A DNA stretch of 64,000 nucleotides from Octopus sinensis (taxonomy: Eukaryota). Below the pieces are notes generated by a model. That model did no database searches. It was not told the origin of the DNA and worked only from the letters and a program-made list of their open reading frames with translations. The first letter of the stretch is position 1. Each line of letters opens with the position of its first letter. The stretch covers positions 8,928,001-8,992,000 of the forward strand of contig NC_043010.1 in assembly GCF_006345805.1 (NCBI RefSeq). Reading direction: 5' to 3'. Of this stretch, positions 25,706 to 40,459 are shown one piece after another. The position numbers were made by a program, and so were the translations under genes.

Positions 25706-27794
25706 AGTAAGCACATCTGCATGTGTGCGTGTGTATAGCAGAAAAAGAAGTATCAGTTTGGTCAGCGGCAATTTCTTTTCTATTATTTGAAATTTGAAAG
25801 GGAACTGAATACCTGTCTCTAATTGCTCATGACCCTTTACAGAGCATCAGAGATCAATGAAGGAGAGAGAGAGAGAGAGAGAGAGAGAGTAAGATGTCGT
25901 CAAATCAATGACCTGGCCTAAATGCTTTCCACAAAATGGACCCCTTCCACTAATAGCTTCCAAGGCCTAGGTGTCCCAGCATGTATCCCACTATTAAAAG
26001 TGTCCAAAGACCAGGCATTCCAGTGTAGCTCCACCAATTAAGGGTCTCCAAGATCTAGCTACCTCAGCATATAACTCTCAATTAAAATCTTCCAAGGACC
26101 AAGGGCCACAAAGTGTATTCTTCTGCTAAAAGCACCCAAATACTAGGTGACAAATGAAGTTTACCATCAAAGCAGGCCATGCTGGGATTTGAACACATAA
26201 TGCAAGTATCCAATTCTTACAATTCCTCCAGTTTACCACTCTGGATTGTACTTTTTATTGGTGCTGAAAACATGAAAGGTAAAGTTTACCTGAACTGAGG
26301 AATGTAGAATTAAATCTGCAGTTTAAATGCACAAGGAGATTCCAGGAGAAGATTTTGAACTTTGATTTCGTTTTTCTTGCTTTTTATTTTGTTTTGAAAT
26401 CAGCCATTTTATCATCACTTCACAACTTCAATAAGCAATGGAGAGTCGAGCAGTGTGGAAGCCAGGGAGATGAAGTGAACTTCATGAATCATGTTTAAAA
26501 TTCCAAGTACTAGCAGTTATGTTGGAGTTGACTCAGCCTTCATGAGGTCAATAAAATAAATATCAGCCATAAACCAGAGAGAATAGTCAGGTTTATGTGG
26601 AAAATAAACGAAACATTTTCTTGCTTTCAAGGAGAATTCAACTAAAGAAAAGTGAGGTTCAACGGACGTGAGCCAATGGACCAATCTTTATGAGATATAT
26701 TATTATTCATCTGTCTATCTATCTATGTATCTATCAATCTGTCTAAAATCTCTCTATCTATCTACCTATCAAAGCAATGTTTTTGAAACAACTAAATGAG
26801 ATATTATTAGCAATTTATATTCTATGGTTGGCATGGATCTCATATAGTAATATATGCACCAAGTAATATAATAAAATGTGTGTGATGCAACATAGAAGTT
26901 TATTGACTAGATTTTATCTCTGTTTAAGGTAAGTCTCTGAGCATATTTTCATAGCAATGACAATATGAATGTTGAAATTATGTACCAAAGCAGCCATTAT
27001 ATCTTCTGTTTGTACAAACGCAGAACAGAACGATATATAAACATATGCAAACCTATCCAAATCTGATAGATAAATACATTCCCTTCCTCTCATTCCTTAT
27101 TTCTCAGAGCAAAATCAAAAATCCTGATGGATCCATTTATGTACATACCATGCAATATAATAAGTTTAGTCTTTACAATTACTGACATGTAATGATTGTA
27201 TGGAATATAAGAAATCATAGATTGCAGTTTGAATGGTTCTTTGCAGTTATAAATATTCTCATAAAGGGGTGTTTCTCTGATAACGATACGAAAGAATCAC
27301 AAGGTGGTAAAATACCTTCCTTCAGATATGTTAATGGTAGAGCGAGCTATGTAAAAGCTGTGAATATAAAAGTATTCAGAAGAAGAAGAGAAAAAAATCA
27401 AAGAAAACAATGATCGTGATGGCACCTCATCAAAGTAATTCCACATTTTGTTTTATTACACAGAACGCAGACACATAACACAAACACGCGCACATATAAA
27501 ATGCATGCACAAGCACACGTTCTCCTTGAAATGTGCATATGTGCTTCTTCTGTTTGTTTGCATGAACATGTGCATGTATGTATGTATGTATGTATGTATG
27601 TGTAGAAGAGACTGGTTGGTTTATTGGTTCATTGGTTTGATGTTATACTGAATATGTATGTATCAACGTGTGAATGTATGGGTGTGTGATGGGAGTGTGG
27701 CATGCTAGCATTTGAAAGAAGAAACATCAGAAGATTTTAATATTTCATTCTTTATCAAATGTAAAGAGCGTTGCACTCAGTGTCTTCTGCATGA

Positions 27795-27864
<70 letters not shown>

Positions 27865-28209
27865 GCATGCACACACACGCATGCACACATACACAAACAC
27901 ACACACACACACACACAAACACACACGCATGCACACACACATACAAACACTCATATACACATACACACATTTATAAATTGTGTGCATTTATAAACATACA
28001 CGTAAATAAATAAACATACATCTATGACTGTATGAGTATATACCATTTATCTTTGACTTGTTTCAGTCATTAGACTGTGTCCATGCTGGGGCACCACCTT
28101 GAATATATGTATGATGTGTGTGTATATGTATATATATATGTATATATATATGTATGTATATATATATATGTATGTATATATATATATATATGTATGTATA
28201 TATATATGC

Positions 28210-28281
<72 letters not shown>

Positions 28282-28387
28282 CATATATATATATATATAA
28301 ACATACATATATATGTGTGTGAGTGTGTGTGTGTATATATATATATATATACACATACATACACACACATTTATATATACGTCACTG

Positions 28388-29690
28388 AGAGGGCACCCAA
28401 AAGAAATTGAAATTTTGCAATATCGTTTTATTCACAGTTTCCCATGTTTACACTTATATCACCCTCATTAGAAGCAAGGCATCGGTCCAGAAGTGTTTTC
28501 CACTGTTTGAAACAGTTCTTGAACTCTTGCGAAGTGAAGCCATTTAATGACTCTGTTGTTTTATTCTTCACCTCTTCCACATCCAACAAAACGTTTTCCT
28601 TGAAGGACTTTTTGCATTTGGGGGAACAAAAAAGTCACAGGGAGCAAGATCGGGTGAATAGGGAGGGTGGGTATGCAGTGTCCTGCCATTTTAAGTCAAA
28701 AACTGCCTCACACTCAAAGTGGTGTGCACAGATGCATTGTCCTGATGAAACCACCACTCGCCACTTTGTTACAGATCAGGGCAAAAACTCATGGCATCTT
28801 GCAAATGCTTCAAGACTCCCAAGTAAAATGCCTGGTTAACAGTTTGACCAGAAGAAATAAATTATGTGTCGACAATTCCTTGCACATCGATGAAACAAAT
28901 CAGTACTGTCTTGAGAATGGACTTCACTTGATGTACTTTTTTTGGGACATGATGACACGGAAAGCTCCCATAGACTCGATTGCTTCTTCGTTTCTGGGTT
29001 GTAGCTGTAGCATCACCTTTAGTCACCAGAGATGACCATTGAATAAAGGTCCAGATCAACTTCCAACTGTTCTTTTAGCTCACGACACACATTCAGTTGT
29101 GACTACCTTTGATCTTCCTTGAGCAAGTGAGGCACAAATTTTGCCGCAACTCTTTTCATGCATAATTCCTCACTCAAAATTCATTGGCAGGAGCTCCAGG
29201 ACACACCAGTCATACCAACAAGTTTGTCAATTGTTTGATGACGGTCTTTCAAGATCACTTCATAATTTTTTGTGATGTTTTCATTCAATCGGGAAGTTGA
29301 TGGTTGCCCTGAACAAGATTAGTTTTCAAGCAACATGTGACCAGTCCTAAAGCATGAAAATCACTCATAACCATGTGTTTTGCTCATGGCAGTGTCCTTG
29401 TAAGCTGTGTGAAGCTGACAACTGTTTTAGCTACTATTTTCCTTAGCAGAAAACAGAATTTCACAGGAGCACACTGTTCCTTCATTTCAGCCATAGCAAA
29501 AATTTCCGGACAGGGGAGAAACATTGCAAAACAAAGACCTACCACATGATAGTAAGCCCCAACATGATGACACTGGTTGGCAGACTAATGCCTGAGGGTC
29601 ACATCAAGTGGCTCCTAGTGCTGGAAACCTGAACTACAATGGACTTGTTGCACAGAGAACATTTCCAATTACTTTGGGTACCTGCTGAGA
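28388..29690 (-). pseudogene. Decayed mariner (Tc1/mariner DD34D-type) transposon
   Basis: Minus-strand fragments include LVTKGD...PKKVHQVKSILKTVLICFIDVQGIV and a C-terminal FTSQEFKNCFKQW...DRCL. Imperfect TIRs: ggcacccaaaagaaattgaaa / ttccaattactttgggtacc. Confidence 0.8.
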
Positions 29691-29691
29691 C

Positions 29692-30019
29692 CCCCTTCGG
29701 CCATGACTGACCATGAGATTGCACCTAGAAAGTTACCCTCCAAAGCACAAGTCCAGACAAGGTTGTTTATGGAAGACCAGCAGTCGCCCATGCATACCGG
29801 CCTCCCCTCTCCACGCCACCTGTGTTATCCAAGGGAAAGGCAAAGGCTGATACAGCTTGGCACCTGTGACGTCGCAACTCATTTCTACAGCTGAGTAAAC
29901 TGGAGCAACTTGAAATAAAGTGTCTTGCTCAAGAACACAACAAGCAGCCTGGTCTGGGATTCAAACTCACGACTTCACGATCATAAGCTTGATGCTCTAA
30001 CCACTGAACCATGCGCCTT
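29692..30019 (-). mobile_element. tRNA-derived SINE family D (related copy 62342-62546 -)
   Basis: Minus-strand head ggcgcatggttcagtggttagagc...gagtttgaatccc followed by gttgtgttcttgagcaagacacttt. Confidence 0.7.
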
Positions 30020-30047
30020 CACTTGGGTAATACTCATATATATATAT

Positions 30048-30386
30048 ATCTCGCCTGGTCCCCGTGCCAGTGGCACGTAAAAAACACTACCTGACCATGC
30101 CCGTTGCCAGTGCCACCCCGACTGGCCTCCGTGCCGGTGGCATGTAAAAAGCACCATCCGATCGTGGCTGTTGCCAGCCCCGTCCGGCACCTGTACTGGT
30201 GGCACATAAAAAGCACCCACTACACTCACGGAGTGGTTGGCGTTACGAAGGGCATCCAGCCGTAGAAACACTGCCAGATCAGACTGGGCCTAGTGCAGCC
30301 TTCAGGCTTCTCAGACCCCAGTTGAACCGTCCAACACATGCTAGCATGGAGAACGGACGCTAAACGATGATGATGATGATGATGAT
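30048..30386 (+). mobile_element. SINE family C 3' part (three gtggcacgtaaaaagcac subrepeats, (GAT)n tail)
   Basis: ggagtggttggcgttacgaagggcatccagccgtagaaac...gaacggacgctaaacgatgatgatg. Confidence 0.8.
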
Positions 30387-30553
30387 ATATATCCATGCAT
30401 GTTTAAGGAAAATTGTTTATGTTTCAATTAAATCATAATCATTATTGCCATTTTCACTTTTCTATTAAATATGCATTATATTATTAAATATATATTATTT
30501 GAATGATTATTATATTTAAATGATTAGCTATTGTAATCATTCTAAAATAATTA

Positions 30554-30912
30554 ACTCTGCCTTAGCGAATGTGGAGGTATTGTTTTTCAGTCGTGTTTGT
30601 TTGGTTGTTTGTCCATGGACAAGATAACTAAAGAACCAATGGATGGATTTACATGAAACTTTCAGAAATATTTGGTCTCATGACTGGCACAAACTGATCA
30701 GATTTTGGGGTCGATCTGGCACCGGACAAGGATTTTGGATTATCTTTACTGTTTTATTACTTAATTTCTGAGTGTGGTTGGGTTCATTTTTAGTATTCTC
30801 GTTTGTGAGACCAGTCGAGTTTATTTCAGATATTCTCATTTTAAAAATCATCTCCGGCTAATCATTGGTGCTGTCTTGGTGGAAGTTTGCACACTCTGAA
30901 TGCTTTTGTTAT
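30554..30912 (+). mobile_element. Helentron-type non-autonomous element (degenerate)
   Basis: actctgccttagcg..ggaggtattg...gtttgtttggttgtttgtcc...catgaaacttt...ggtggaagtttgcacactctgaatgctttt; subterminal inverted motif typical of this class. Confidence 0.45.
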
Positions 30913-31316
30913 ATTTGTATTGTATTTCATTTGCTGGTTTTAGTTATTGAATTGAGATCATTCTTAGGGTACTGAATTCATTGGTGATTAGTTAATTTTA
31001 TAAATGCTAGCACTTTATCTGGTACTCATCTTCAGGTAAAATTTGAAACAGGTATAAACAGGCAAGTTAAAACCTTGATGATGACCTATCCAATAAACAA
31101 CAAATTGAATAAGGGATATTTAAAAAAAAAGAACAATGAATTTATTGTGAAATCAGAAGTATGACAAGCCCGTGGGTGAGGAGCAAAGAGGTCAAACAAC
31201 TCTATTATTTAAAACAGTTGACTTTATTAGCTTATAGCCACAACTTGCTGAGGTGTGCAAGGAAACAGACAAGCTGGAGGAGAAATGTATTTTTAGAGTC
31301 AATAGAACTGGAATGA

Positions 31317-31382
<66 letters not shown>

Positions 31383-32579
31383 CCTACCTACCTATCTATC
31401 TATCTATCTAACTATCTGCCTATCTACACACACAGATACATATGTATGCATGTATGTGTGCATATGTATGTATATGTATAATATATATGTATGTGTATGC
31501 ATACACATGCACACACACACACTTATATGCACATATATGTACACACATCATGCTGCAGTTTTAACTTATAGTACCTCTTTGTGGTCTTTTAACCTGCTAG
31601 AAATGGCAAACAGATTTCCATTAAATTATACATCGCCCATCTTATTAATATATGGGGTGGTTATAGCTGGAATGCCTTTTGTCATATGTCTGTTTATTAA
31701 GAACTGACCTGAGGCTGAATGCCAAATACACAAATATTCTTTTATGCTTCAAAATTAGACACAAAGACAACGAATTGAATTTAACTGAACTGAATTGACA
31801 TTGTACTTTTGTCAAGTGAGTAGAGCAGAAGACACAGAAAATTATATACAAAATACAACAATCTCCAGCACCACAATTTTACTATTCTAACAACAGAGTC
31901 ACTGACTATATACTAACATGATTAACTACACAGAAACTCAATAACATACATACCTCACAAACATATTATTTGGTAACACCAGGCTTCATTCAGATCTGTC
32001 AATATCTCTATATCTGTAGAACTACCTTCTACAGATATAATTCCCACACCACTGCAAACACATTGCTTGCTATAATGCCATTTAGGCATAACAGATATAA
32101 CACTGCTGTTCTGTGACTACGAACAAAATTCTATGGTTCTCATTTTGCAATTCAAGACAAACTGTTCTAGACATTAAATGTTATTAGTTTTCATTCTTGT
32201 GCATTTAAAAATATTTCTTTTATTTTATTTTCTGATCCAGCACACTTATGATTTTAACAAATGTGTCACTTGCATTAGACTACTTCATCTGTCAGAGGTA
32301 TGTCAGCAGAAATGGTGAAGAACATGTCAAAAAGTTATAAAATGTTGAATATCAGTTGGGAATTCAATAGTAATATCTTGTATCTTTTCAATTTCGGAAA
32401 TAAATGTGTAAAATTAGAAAAAAAAAAAGTAAAAGAAAACAAAACAAATTAAAAAAAAGCAGAAAAGTAGAAAATAAAAAAAATGTTTTGCAATATTTAA
32501 AATAAAATCTGTCAAACACCTTCTGAAAGGAGATTTTCAATAATGCAAAGCAATTTTATCAAAAATGGAATATTAAATG

Positions 32580-32670
<91 letters not shown>

Positions 32671-32764
32671 AATACTGATAATTATAATGATAATAATAAT
32701 AATAATAATGATGATGATGATGATGATGATGATGATAATAATGATAATGATAATGATGGTGATG

Positions 32765-32819
<55 letters not shown>

Positions 32820-32856
32820 TGATGATGATAATAATGATAATGATAATGATAATAAT

Positions 32857-32897
<41 letters not shown>

Positions 32898-32935
32898 AAT
32901 CATAATAATAATAATAATAATAATGATGAATAGGA
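32580..32935. repeat. Compound (AAT)n/(GAT)n microsatellite
   Basis: Directly visible; source of the poly-I/M ORFs. Confidence 0.95.
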
Positions 32936-33339
32936 AAATAAGAACAAGAACAACTACAAGAATAACAACAAAGCAAGTTAATAAGCAGTGTAAATGTGTT
33001 TAGTGATAGAAGATTTGAAAGTGTGAGCTGTTATGTACCAGCATAGGAACATTTTTGTTATTCATCTGTTAAAGCCCCACCTACCACATACCACCACCAC
33101 CACCATCACCACCACCACCACCACTGACAACAATAACAACAACAAACACACAGTTATTGACAATAGCAAATTTTCAAAAATCACAAAATAAGATCAGGGT
33201 CTTGCTAAATTTTGTCAAAGTATAGGGGTTGATTTTTTTTTATTTATTTATTTATTTTTTTTTTTAATATCTCCACCAAAACAGGACAATACGACAGGAA
33301 TGAATTGATCTAGGAATAGGAGGAACATAAATAGTAATA

Positions 33340-33748
33340 ATAATGATGATGATGGTGGTGATGATGATGGTGATGATGATGATGGTGATGATGATGGTGA
33401 TGGTGATGATGATGATGAATCTGTTAAAATGTCATAGTAAACATTTCAGCATTTATAAAAATGAGAAAACCTGATGGTGGTTGTGGTGTTTAATAACATT
33501 GGCAACAACTATTATAACAAAATGACGATGATGATGATGGTGGTGGTGGCGGTGGTGGTGGCGGTGGTGGTGGCAGTGGTTGTTGTGGCGGTGGTGAAGG
33601 TGGCAGAGGTGGTGGTGATTGTGGTGGTGGTGGTGGTGGTGGTGGTGGTGGTTTTGGTGGTGATGGTGGTTTTGGTGGTGGTGGTTTTGATGGTGGTGGT
33701 GGTGGTTTTGGTGGTGGTGGTTTGGTGGTGGTGGTGGTGGTGGTGGTG

Positions 33749-33780
<32 letters not shown>

Positions 33781-33795
33781 GATGATGGTGATGAC
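33340..33795. repeat. Compound (GAT)n/(GGT)n microsatellite
   Basis: Directly visible; source of the poly-V/H/P ORFs. Confidence 0.95.
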
Positions 33796-34416
33796 AATGA
33801 TCAGGAGTGAGATGAAGTGGAGCAGACATTAAGTGGAGAGGTGAAGAGAAAAATCATTGATTATAAATGTGATTAACAATAAAGAAAACAATGTTTTTTT
33901 TTTTTTGTGTGTGTGTGTGTATAATAATTACTTTCTGATAGAATATCACTATTCATTATATATTTCAGTAAAATAATATTTATTATGTATGTATTGGTAA
34001 TGTATATATGATATTTGTAATATATATATACATGGATATATATATATATATATATATGCATGTGTGTGAGTGAGTGTGTGTTATCAGAAAACTGTATAAA
34101 ACTCTATCAAAGTTACGTTAAAGAGTATTGCCACAAACACATTGTCTCCTAAGTCCATTCCTTCCCCTAAGGGACCTTTCTGGGGCTTTTCCTAATGAGA
34201 GATTAATGACATGGATGCAACCATGACTGTTTGGTTAAGAACTTTAATCTTTGCAATCATATCATCCCAGGTTCCTTTGTGCTGTGCACTAGTTTCGGCA
34301 AGTGTCATCTAGCATTGTCTCAGCCTGATTTGTAAGTGGAATTTGGTAGGCAGAAACCATGCACAAATTTGTCATCGTCATCACTGTTACTGTCATCATT
34401 ATTTTATATATATTAA

Positions 34417-34622
34417 GGTAGAATCATTAGCACACCAGACAAAATACTTAGAGGTATTTCACCTGTCGCTACATTCTGAGTTCAAATTTCGCCAAGGTTG
34501 ACCTTGCCTTTCATCCTTTCAGGGTCGATAAATTAAGTACTAGTTGAGTCCTGGGGTTGATGTAATCGACTTTCCTCTCCCCCAAATTTCAGGCCTTGTT
34601 TCTATAGTAGAAGGGATTATTT
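34417..34622 (+). mobile_element. SINE family B variant with alternative 3' tail (related copies ~49845-50050 +, ~47655-47780 -)
   Basis: Same head and body as family B, but ends ccccaaatttcaggccttg...tagaagggattatt. Confidence 0.7.
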
Positions 34623-35182
34623 TATATATATTTTCCATGCTGATATGGTTTGGGCAGGCATTATTGCCCAAATCAAGTTATTTGGAATTATCGTTCACAG
34701 TGATCGGTTGAAGAACTATTTCTACATTGCATCTTGGCATGGTTTCTGCAGATGGACCACTTTACTGAGGGCACTGAGTGCATTCTATTGTGATACCAGC
34801 ACTAGGGAGGTTGCTTTTCTATTTACAAGCCTAAAGAGTAATCTTTATTCTATGTTGTCACAGTTTATTTTAAGCAAATGTGATTAAGAGGGTGAATATA
34901 TGAGAGTTTGAATATAAGTGTGATGGGAAAAACAAAGCAATAAGAATGAGAGAGTGTTAAGAAAGATAGTAATGAAAGAGACACAGTAGTAAGTAGCTAC
35001 ATTGTGGGAGGAGGCCTGAGTGTGAAGGGAGGAATAAGGTTTAGGGCAGAAAGACAGAGTTATGAAAGGAAGGAAATAAAACTGAGGGTGAGTGATGTAT
35101 ATCAAAAAGTATAGAGTGATCTATGTCTATAAAAGTAATGGGAAGGGAGTAATGTGAAAAAGAGAGGGAGAAAAAATCTTAA

Positions 35183-35392
35183 CCCTTTCGTTACCAACCC
35201 AACCCTGGCTCTGTGGTAAAATATCTTGTTTTCATAAGTTTTGAATTAAAATCTTCCACCAGACCTTAGTCACAATTTATGTTCCTAACACTAGCTGAAT
35301 GATGACTAAGTTATTTTACTAAATTCTTTGTTATATTTAAAATGATTGAAAGAAACACAGAGTATCTCAAAATAAATACAGTAACGAAAGGG
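35183..35392. mobile_element. piggyBac-type MITE
   Basis: TTAA target duplication on both sides; TIRs CCCTTTCGTTAC / GTAACGAAAGGG. Confidence 0.85.
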
Positions 35393-35600
35393 TTAAAGGT
35401 TGATTGTATGAGTGATTGGGTGATGGATACTAACAGAGATGGGGGATTCTAAGAAAGCATGGTGGATGTCAATGTAGGATGATATGGAAGAGAGTGATAA
35501 TCCTGGTTAGCAGTATAGGAAGGTGTGCATAAGGGGCATTGGATATGGATAATTCTGATGCCATTCAAGTAAAACGAGAGAATTAAACCTGGCCAAATAC

Positions 35601-35604
<4 letters not shown>

Positions 35605-35654
<50 letters not shown>

Positions 35655-35930
35655 TAATAATAATAATAATCATAATAATGAAATTATTGTATACAGTGCT
35701 CAGGTGCACCACAACTTGTCAAAAGTGCATATAAATTATATGCAGTAATGTACAAATGTCTGGAAAGTGAACAGTGTATGAGTCAGATACATGCTTGCGT
35801 GTGTATGGAGGGGAGAAAATCAGGTGTAGTGTTGGTGAATCTCAGGAAGCATGGAAGTTTTGAAGGATGCAGTGCTCCGACAACTAACAACTGATGCCCG
35901 CAGTTTGGTAATCTTCGTTACACAGTGAAT
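35605..35930 (-). mobile_element. 3' end of a CR1/L2-like LINE with (ATT)n tail
   Basis: Minus frame TKITKLRASVVSCRSTASFKTSML resembles the WNxLP..VV...S...FK C-terminus. A 3' UTR and trinucleotide tail follow. Confidence 0.5.
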
Positions 35931-37231
35931 GGGGGAGAGGATGTGTGAGAGATAAGAGATTAGTGAAGAGAGCAGTAGGTGGGGACTTAGTAAGAATACA
36001 ATATACTGTGTTTGCCAGCCTATAAAATGCACCCCTATTTTACAAGAATAATATCAGAAAAAAAAACCATACAAATTTAATGTTTCACCATGCACCTTTT
36101 GGGAGATATTTTTAAATGTTTTTGTCAGAGAAAAATGTATAATTCTGTGCCTTTAAATACAACACCATGACAGTATACATAAGTTTATCAGAAATAAACT
36201 GTGTATGCAAGCCCTGTATTTCAACTTATATTTTGGTTAAGAGAATAGTGATTGAATTTTTGGCAAAGGTGTTTTGTGTTACTGTTATCATCCACCAAAA
36301 TGGCACACCATCATTATGGTTCTGTTGTCATCCATTCTTTGCAAATAACAGATGGATGAAGATTTAACGTGTCTTTCATCTTTCAATGAGAATTTTTCAT
36401 ATAGATAATTAAAAAATGATTCTTAAAGGTAACACAGATATTAAATTATGCAAGGCTCATACCAGGTATGTGCTACGTATGCTAGGCAGGGAGTTGCTAT
36501 GAGATGGTGTAATCTTTCCACATCACAGCTGATGTACTGTAAGCAATTGTTCATAAGTTAGTACTAACAGACAGTCATAATTTGTCTTGTTTGCAAGATT
36601 TTATTATTAGTAACAATTATTGTCCTATGAAAACTTAAGTTCATCAACAACCCTAATCTATAGCACACTGTCTCTCATCTCTGATATGACCAAATTAAAT
36701 GCAGGGCAATGTCTTGATATATTTATAAATAATTTTAAAAAGTTCATTATACACTAGTAATTATGGTAACTCAAGGTTAGTTATTTAATATATTCCAATC
36801 TCTTCATGATCAACGTCTTTTTAATGACCATTTTTCGGTGCTTGCATTATGTATTAAAAGTTTTAATGAGGAAATATTAGCAGCAATGAGTTTGTAGTAA
36901 AAATGAACTTGGAGAAACCAAGCTACCCTTAGTATGTTCTCTGCTGTTTAGAGACACTGAATTAGACCTGCTCAAATTCACACAAGGAAAATCATGACCA
37001 GGCATTGGTACTCCCTGGTTGGCCACAGGTTCTTTATGTCACTCACATTTTCCTCCAGTGTTTGATTCATTCACCAGCTTACAAAGATCAAAAATCTTGC
37101 CTTTACTATATTTCCAGTAGATGATACTGTTTAATGTTAGTTGTACCCTGTATAGTTGAATTATGCTTGCAACTGTGAGCTTGCTGCCTGACATATCATA
37201 ATATTCTCCCTTTGGTTCTAAACTAGTTTTT

Positions 37232-37626
37232 GTAGTGGAGGCGCAATGGCCCAGTGGTTAGGACAGCAGACTCGCAGTCATAGGATCGCGGTTTCGATTC
37301 CCAGACCGGGCATTGTGAGTGTTTATTGAGCGAAAACACCTAAGGCTCCACGAGGCTCCGGCAGGGGATGGTGGTGATCCCTGCTGTACTCTTTCACCAC
37401 AACTTTCTCTCACTCTTACTTCCTGTTTCTGTTGTACCTGTATTTCAAAGGGCCGGCTGGCCTTGTCACTCTCTGTGTCACGCTGAATATCCCCGAGAAC
37501 TACGTTAAGGGTACACGTGTCCGTGGAGTGCTCAGCCACTTACACGTTAATTTCACGAGCAGGTTGTTCCGTTGATTCGGATCAACTGGAACCCTCGTCG
37601 TCGTAACCGACGGAGTGCTTCCACAC
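37232..37626 (+). mobile_element. tRNA-derived SINE family E with 12-bp TSD
   Basis: Box A tggcccagtgg, box B gtttcgattcc; TSD aaactagttttt at 37220-37231 and 37627-37638. Confidence 0.85.
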
Positions 37627-37978
37627 AAACTAGTTTTTAGAATAAATGGTATCTATTTACATTTATGTGGAATGGGGCTTTGAAAGTTAAATATCTTTAC
37701 ATTGCAGTAGTGTGTTATAAACCAACAATCATTTAGCTAACAAGTTTACAGCATTCAATCAATATGGTTCTCAGCAATTTTCAGCTGCAAAGTACAGAAG
37801 ACTGAATACTAAGCAATAACTAAAAGTTTTAATTGTAAAATTCACAGAATAATGATTAAAGCTCTGCTAAATTGTGTAGAAAATGAACTAAACTATGTAA
37901 TTACACATGCACACACACACACACACATACACATACACACACAAACACATACACATACACAAACACATACACACACAA

Positions 37979-38015
<37 letters not shown>

Positions 38016-38564
38016 CAAACATATTCTCATACAGAATACACATACACACAAACACACATGCACATACAAACAACACACACACAAACACACACACATACAA
38101 GCACACATACGTGCACACGTGTGCACTGATACATAATTTGTTATTTAAAAGGAAGAAGAAGAAGAAAAACACACAAAAACTTCTGAGATTACTGTTGATT
38201 AAAATATAGTGATGTAATCTATTCAAAACCACCACCACCACCACCACCCCTCCACTCCCACCGATATATTCTCCACCGCAATTGCGGGTTTGGGTGGGAA
38301 AAATATAAAATAACAACTTTCATTGTATAGCTTTGTTTATTAAATAATTCCTTTGATGTAGCAAACTTAAAAAGATAATTATAAAATGATGGCTGCACTG
38401 CGTTCCCAAACACAAGACGTTTAGTAAAATTTATGATTCGCGAAATTAGTGTTAATTAGCTTAAATATTTTAATGGAAATTGTGGAAGGTCAATGTTATC
38501 AAAAAATGTTACCTTAAAATATATAGTCATTTATTCACTAATTTTCATTTATCTTTACTGTTTT

Positions 38565-38595
38565 ATTATCATTATTATTATTATTATTGTTGTTG

Positions 38596-38633
<38 letters not shown>

Positions 38634-38646
38634 GTTATCATTATTA

Positions 38647-38713
<67 letters not shown>

Positions 38714-38748
38714 CATTATCATCATCATTATCATTATTATTATTATTT
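38565..38748. repeat. (ATT)n microsatellite
   Basis: Directly visible. Confidence 0.95.
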
Positions 38749-40050
38749 TGAGATTTTGGTTGAATATTCCAGCAAAAGTGCTGAACCAGACATGATTTTT
38801 TTTTCTTTGTATTTATAGAGATTCTAGTTCTCGGTTTACCGTTCTTCAAGTATGAAGTTATATCATTCATCAGAAAAGTTTAATGCAATAAAAACCGCAA
38901 AGTGAAAACTAGTAAAAAAAGATACAAGGAATAACAGTGGAGTGGGTGGATGGTGGATAATAAACATATAAAAATATTTAACATTGGGTTGATTCAGCGA
39001 AAGGTAATCAAAATGTTTACTAATGATTGGAATCATATATATACAGAGAGAGCGAAAGAGACAGAGAAAGAGAGATAACATGTGGGGAGGGGGAGTAGGA
39101 GAAGGAGGAGGGAAAGGGAGAAAGAGAGAAAGAGAGATAAAACGATGTGGTTTTGATGTGCCTGAGTATAAGGTTGGGAAGGAGTTAGGTTGTCTGCCGC
39201 AAAATAAGGTCAAAAAGGCCTTAAAACGATGTTCTCAAATTGGATCAAAAGCATTTGTAAAGTTGTCATATATGAATCATTGAGGATACCTCTATGTGGT
39301 CGTTTGACATGCCAAAAGTAGCAGGTATTAATTTTCTTGAAGTCATGGTCGTATTTAAATAAAGAAGACCACATTTGATATGGCAGTTATAGATACACAA
39401 AGCCTATAGAAAAAAATAAATATGAGGGTCATGGTAGGGAAGCTTTTGATCATAGGTGAACCTAATCATGGCTGATATGGGGATATACAACAACAGCTAT
39501 TTGCATACAAATGTGCATAGGTTCATTTGCAAAATGTGTGTGTATGTGTGCTAATATATCCATTTAAATATGTATGTATATGTAAGTGTGGGCAGTACCC
39601 CAGCATGCTGCACTCTAATGAGTGAAACAAGTAAAAAATAAAAGATAAAGATAAACAAAGAGGGTTGCAACAAATTACAAAGAGTTGAAGAATTAAAGAA
39701 TTAAAGAACACAAAAATTAAAGAATTAGAAAACTATAAGTGTATGTATATGTAAGTGTGTATGTGTGCTAACGTATCCATTTAATTATGTATGTATATGT
39801 AAGTGTCTAAGCAAGGCCCTAGATATACAAAATGGTATGGAATTACAAGTCTTTTCAGGGCTGATGAGTGGGGCTAAACAGTGAGAACAACATTTTCTGC
39901 TCATCTCTTGAACTGCAAATTTTCTTTGATCGAATCTTCTTCAGCACCACTAAGATATACCAATACTCATATCAAGGAATCGGTCTTCCACTTCACGACT
40001 CTCAAAAGTAAACAATGTAATCCTCATAGTTACTCTCTTACTCTTTCTCT

Positions 40051-40257
40051 TTTTTACTCTTTTACTTGTTTCAGTCATTTGACTGCAGCCATGCTGGAGC
40101 ACCGCCTTTAGTCGAGCAAATCGACCCCGGGACTTATTCTTTGTAAGCCCAGTACTTATTCTATCGGTCTCTTTTGCCGAACCACTAAGTGACGGGGACG
40201 TAAACACACCAGCATCGGTTGTCAAGCAATGCTAGGGGGACAAACACAGACACACAA

Positions 40258-40298
<41 letters not shown>

Positions 40299-40459
40299 TA
40301 CGACAGGCTTCTTTCAGTTTCCGTCTACCAAATCCACTCACAAGGCATTGGTCGGCCTGAGGCTATAGCAGAAGACACTTGCCCAAGATTCCACGCAGTG
40401 GGACTGAACCCAGAACCATGTGGTTGGTAAGCAAACTACTTACCACACAGCCACTCCTA
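40051..40459 (-). mobile_element. SINE family A
   Basis: Full-length copy, close to consensus. Confidence 0.9.
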
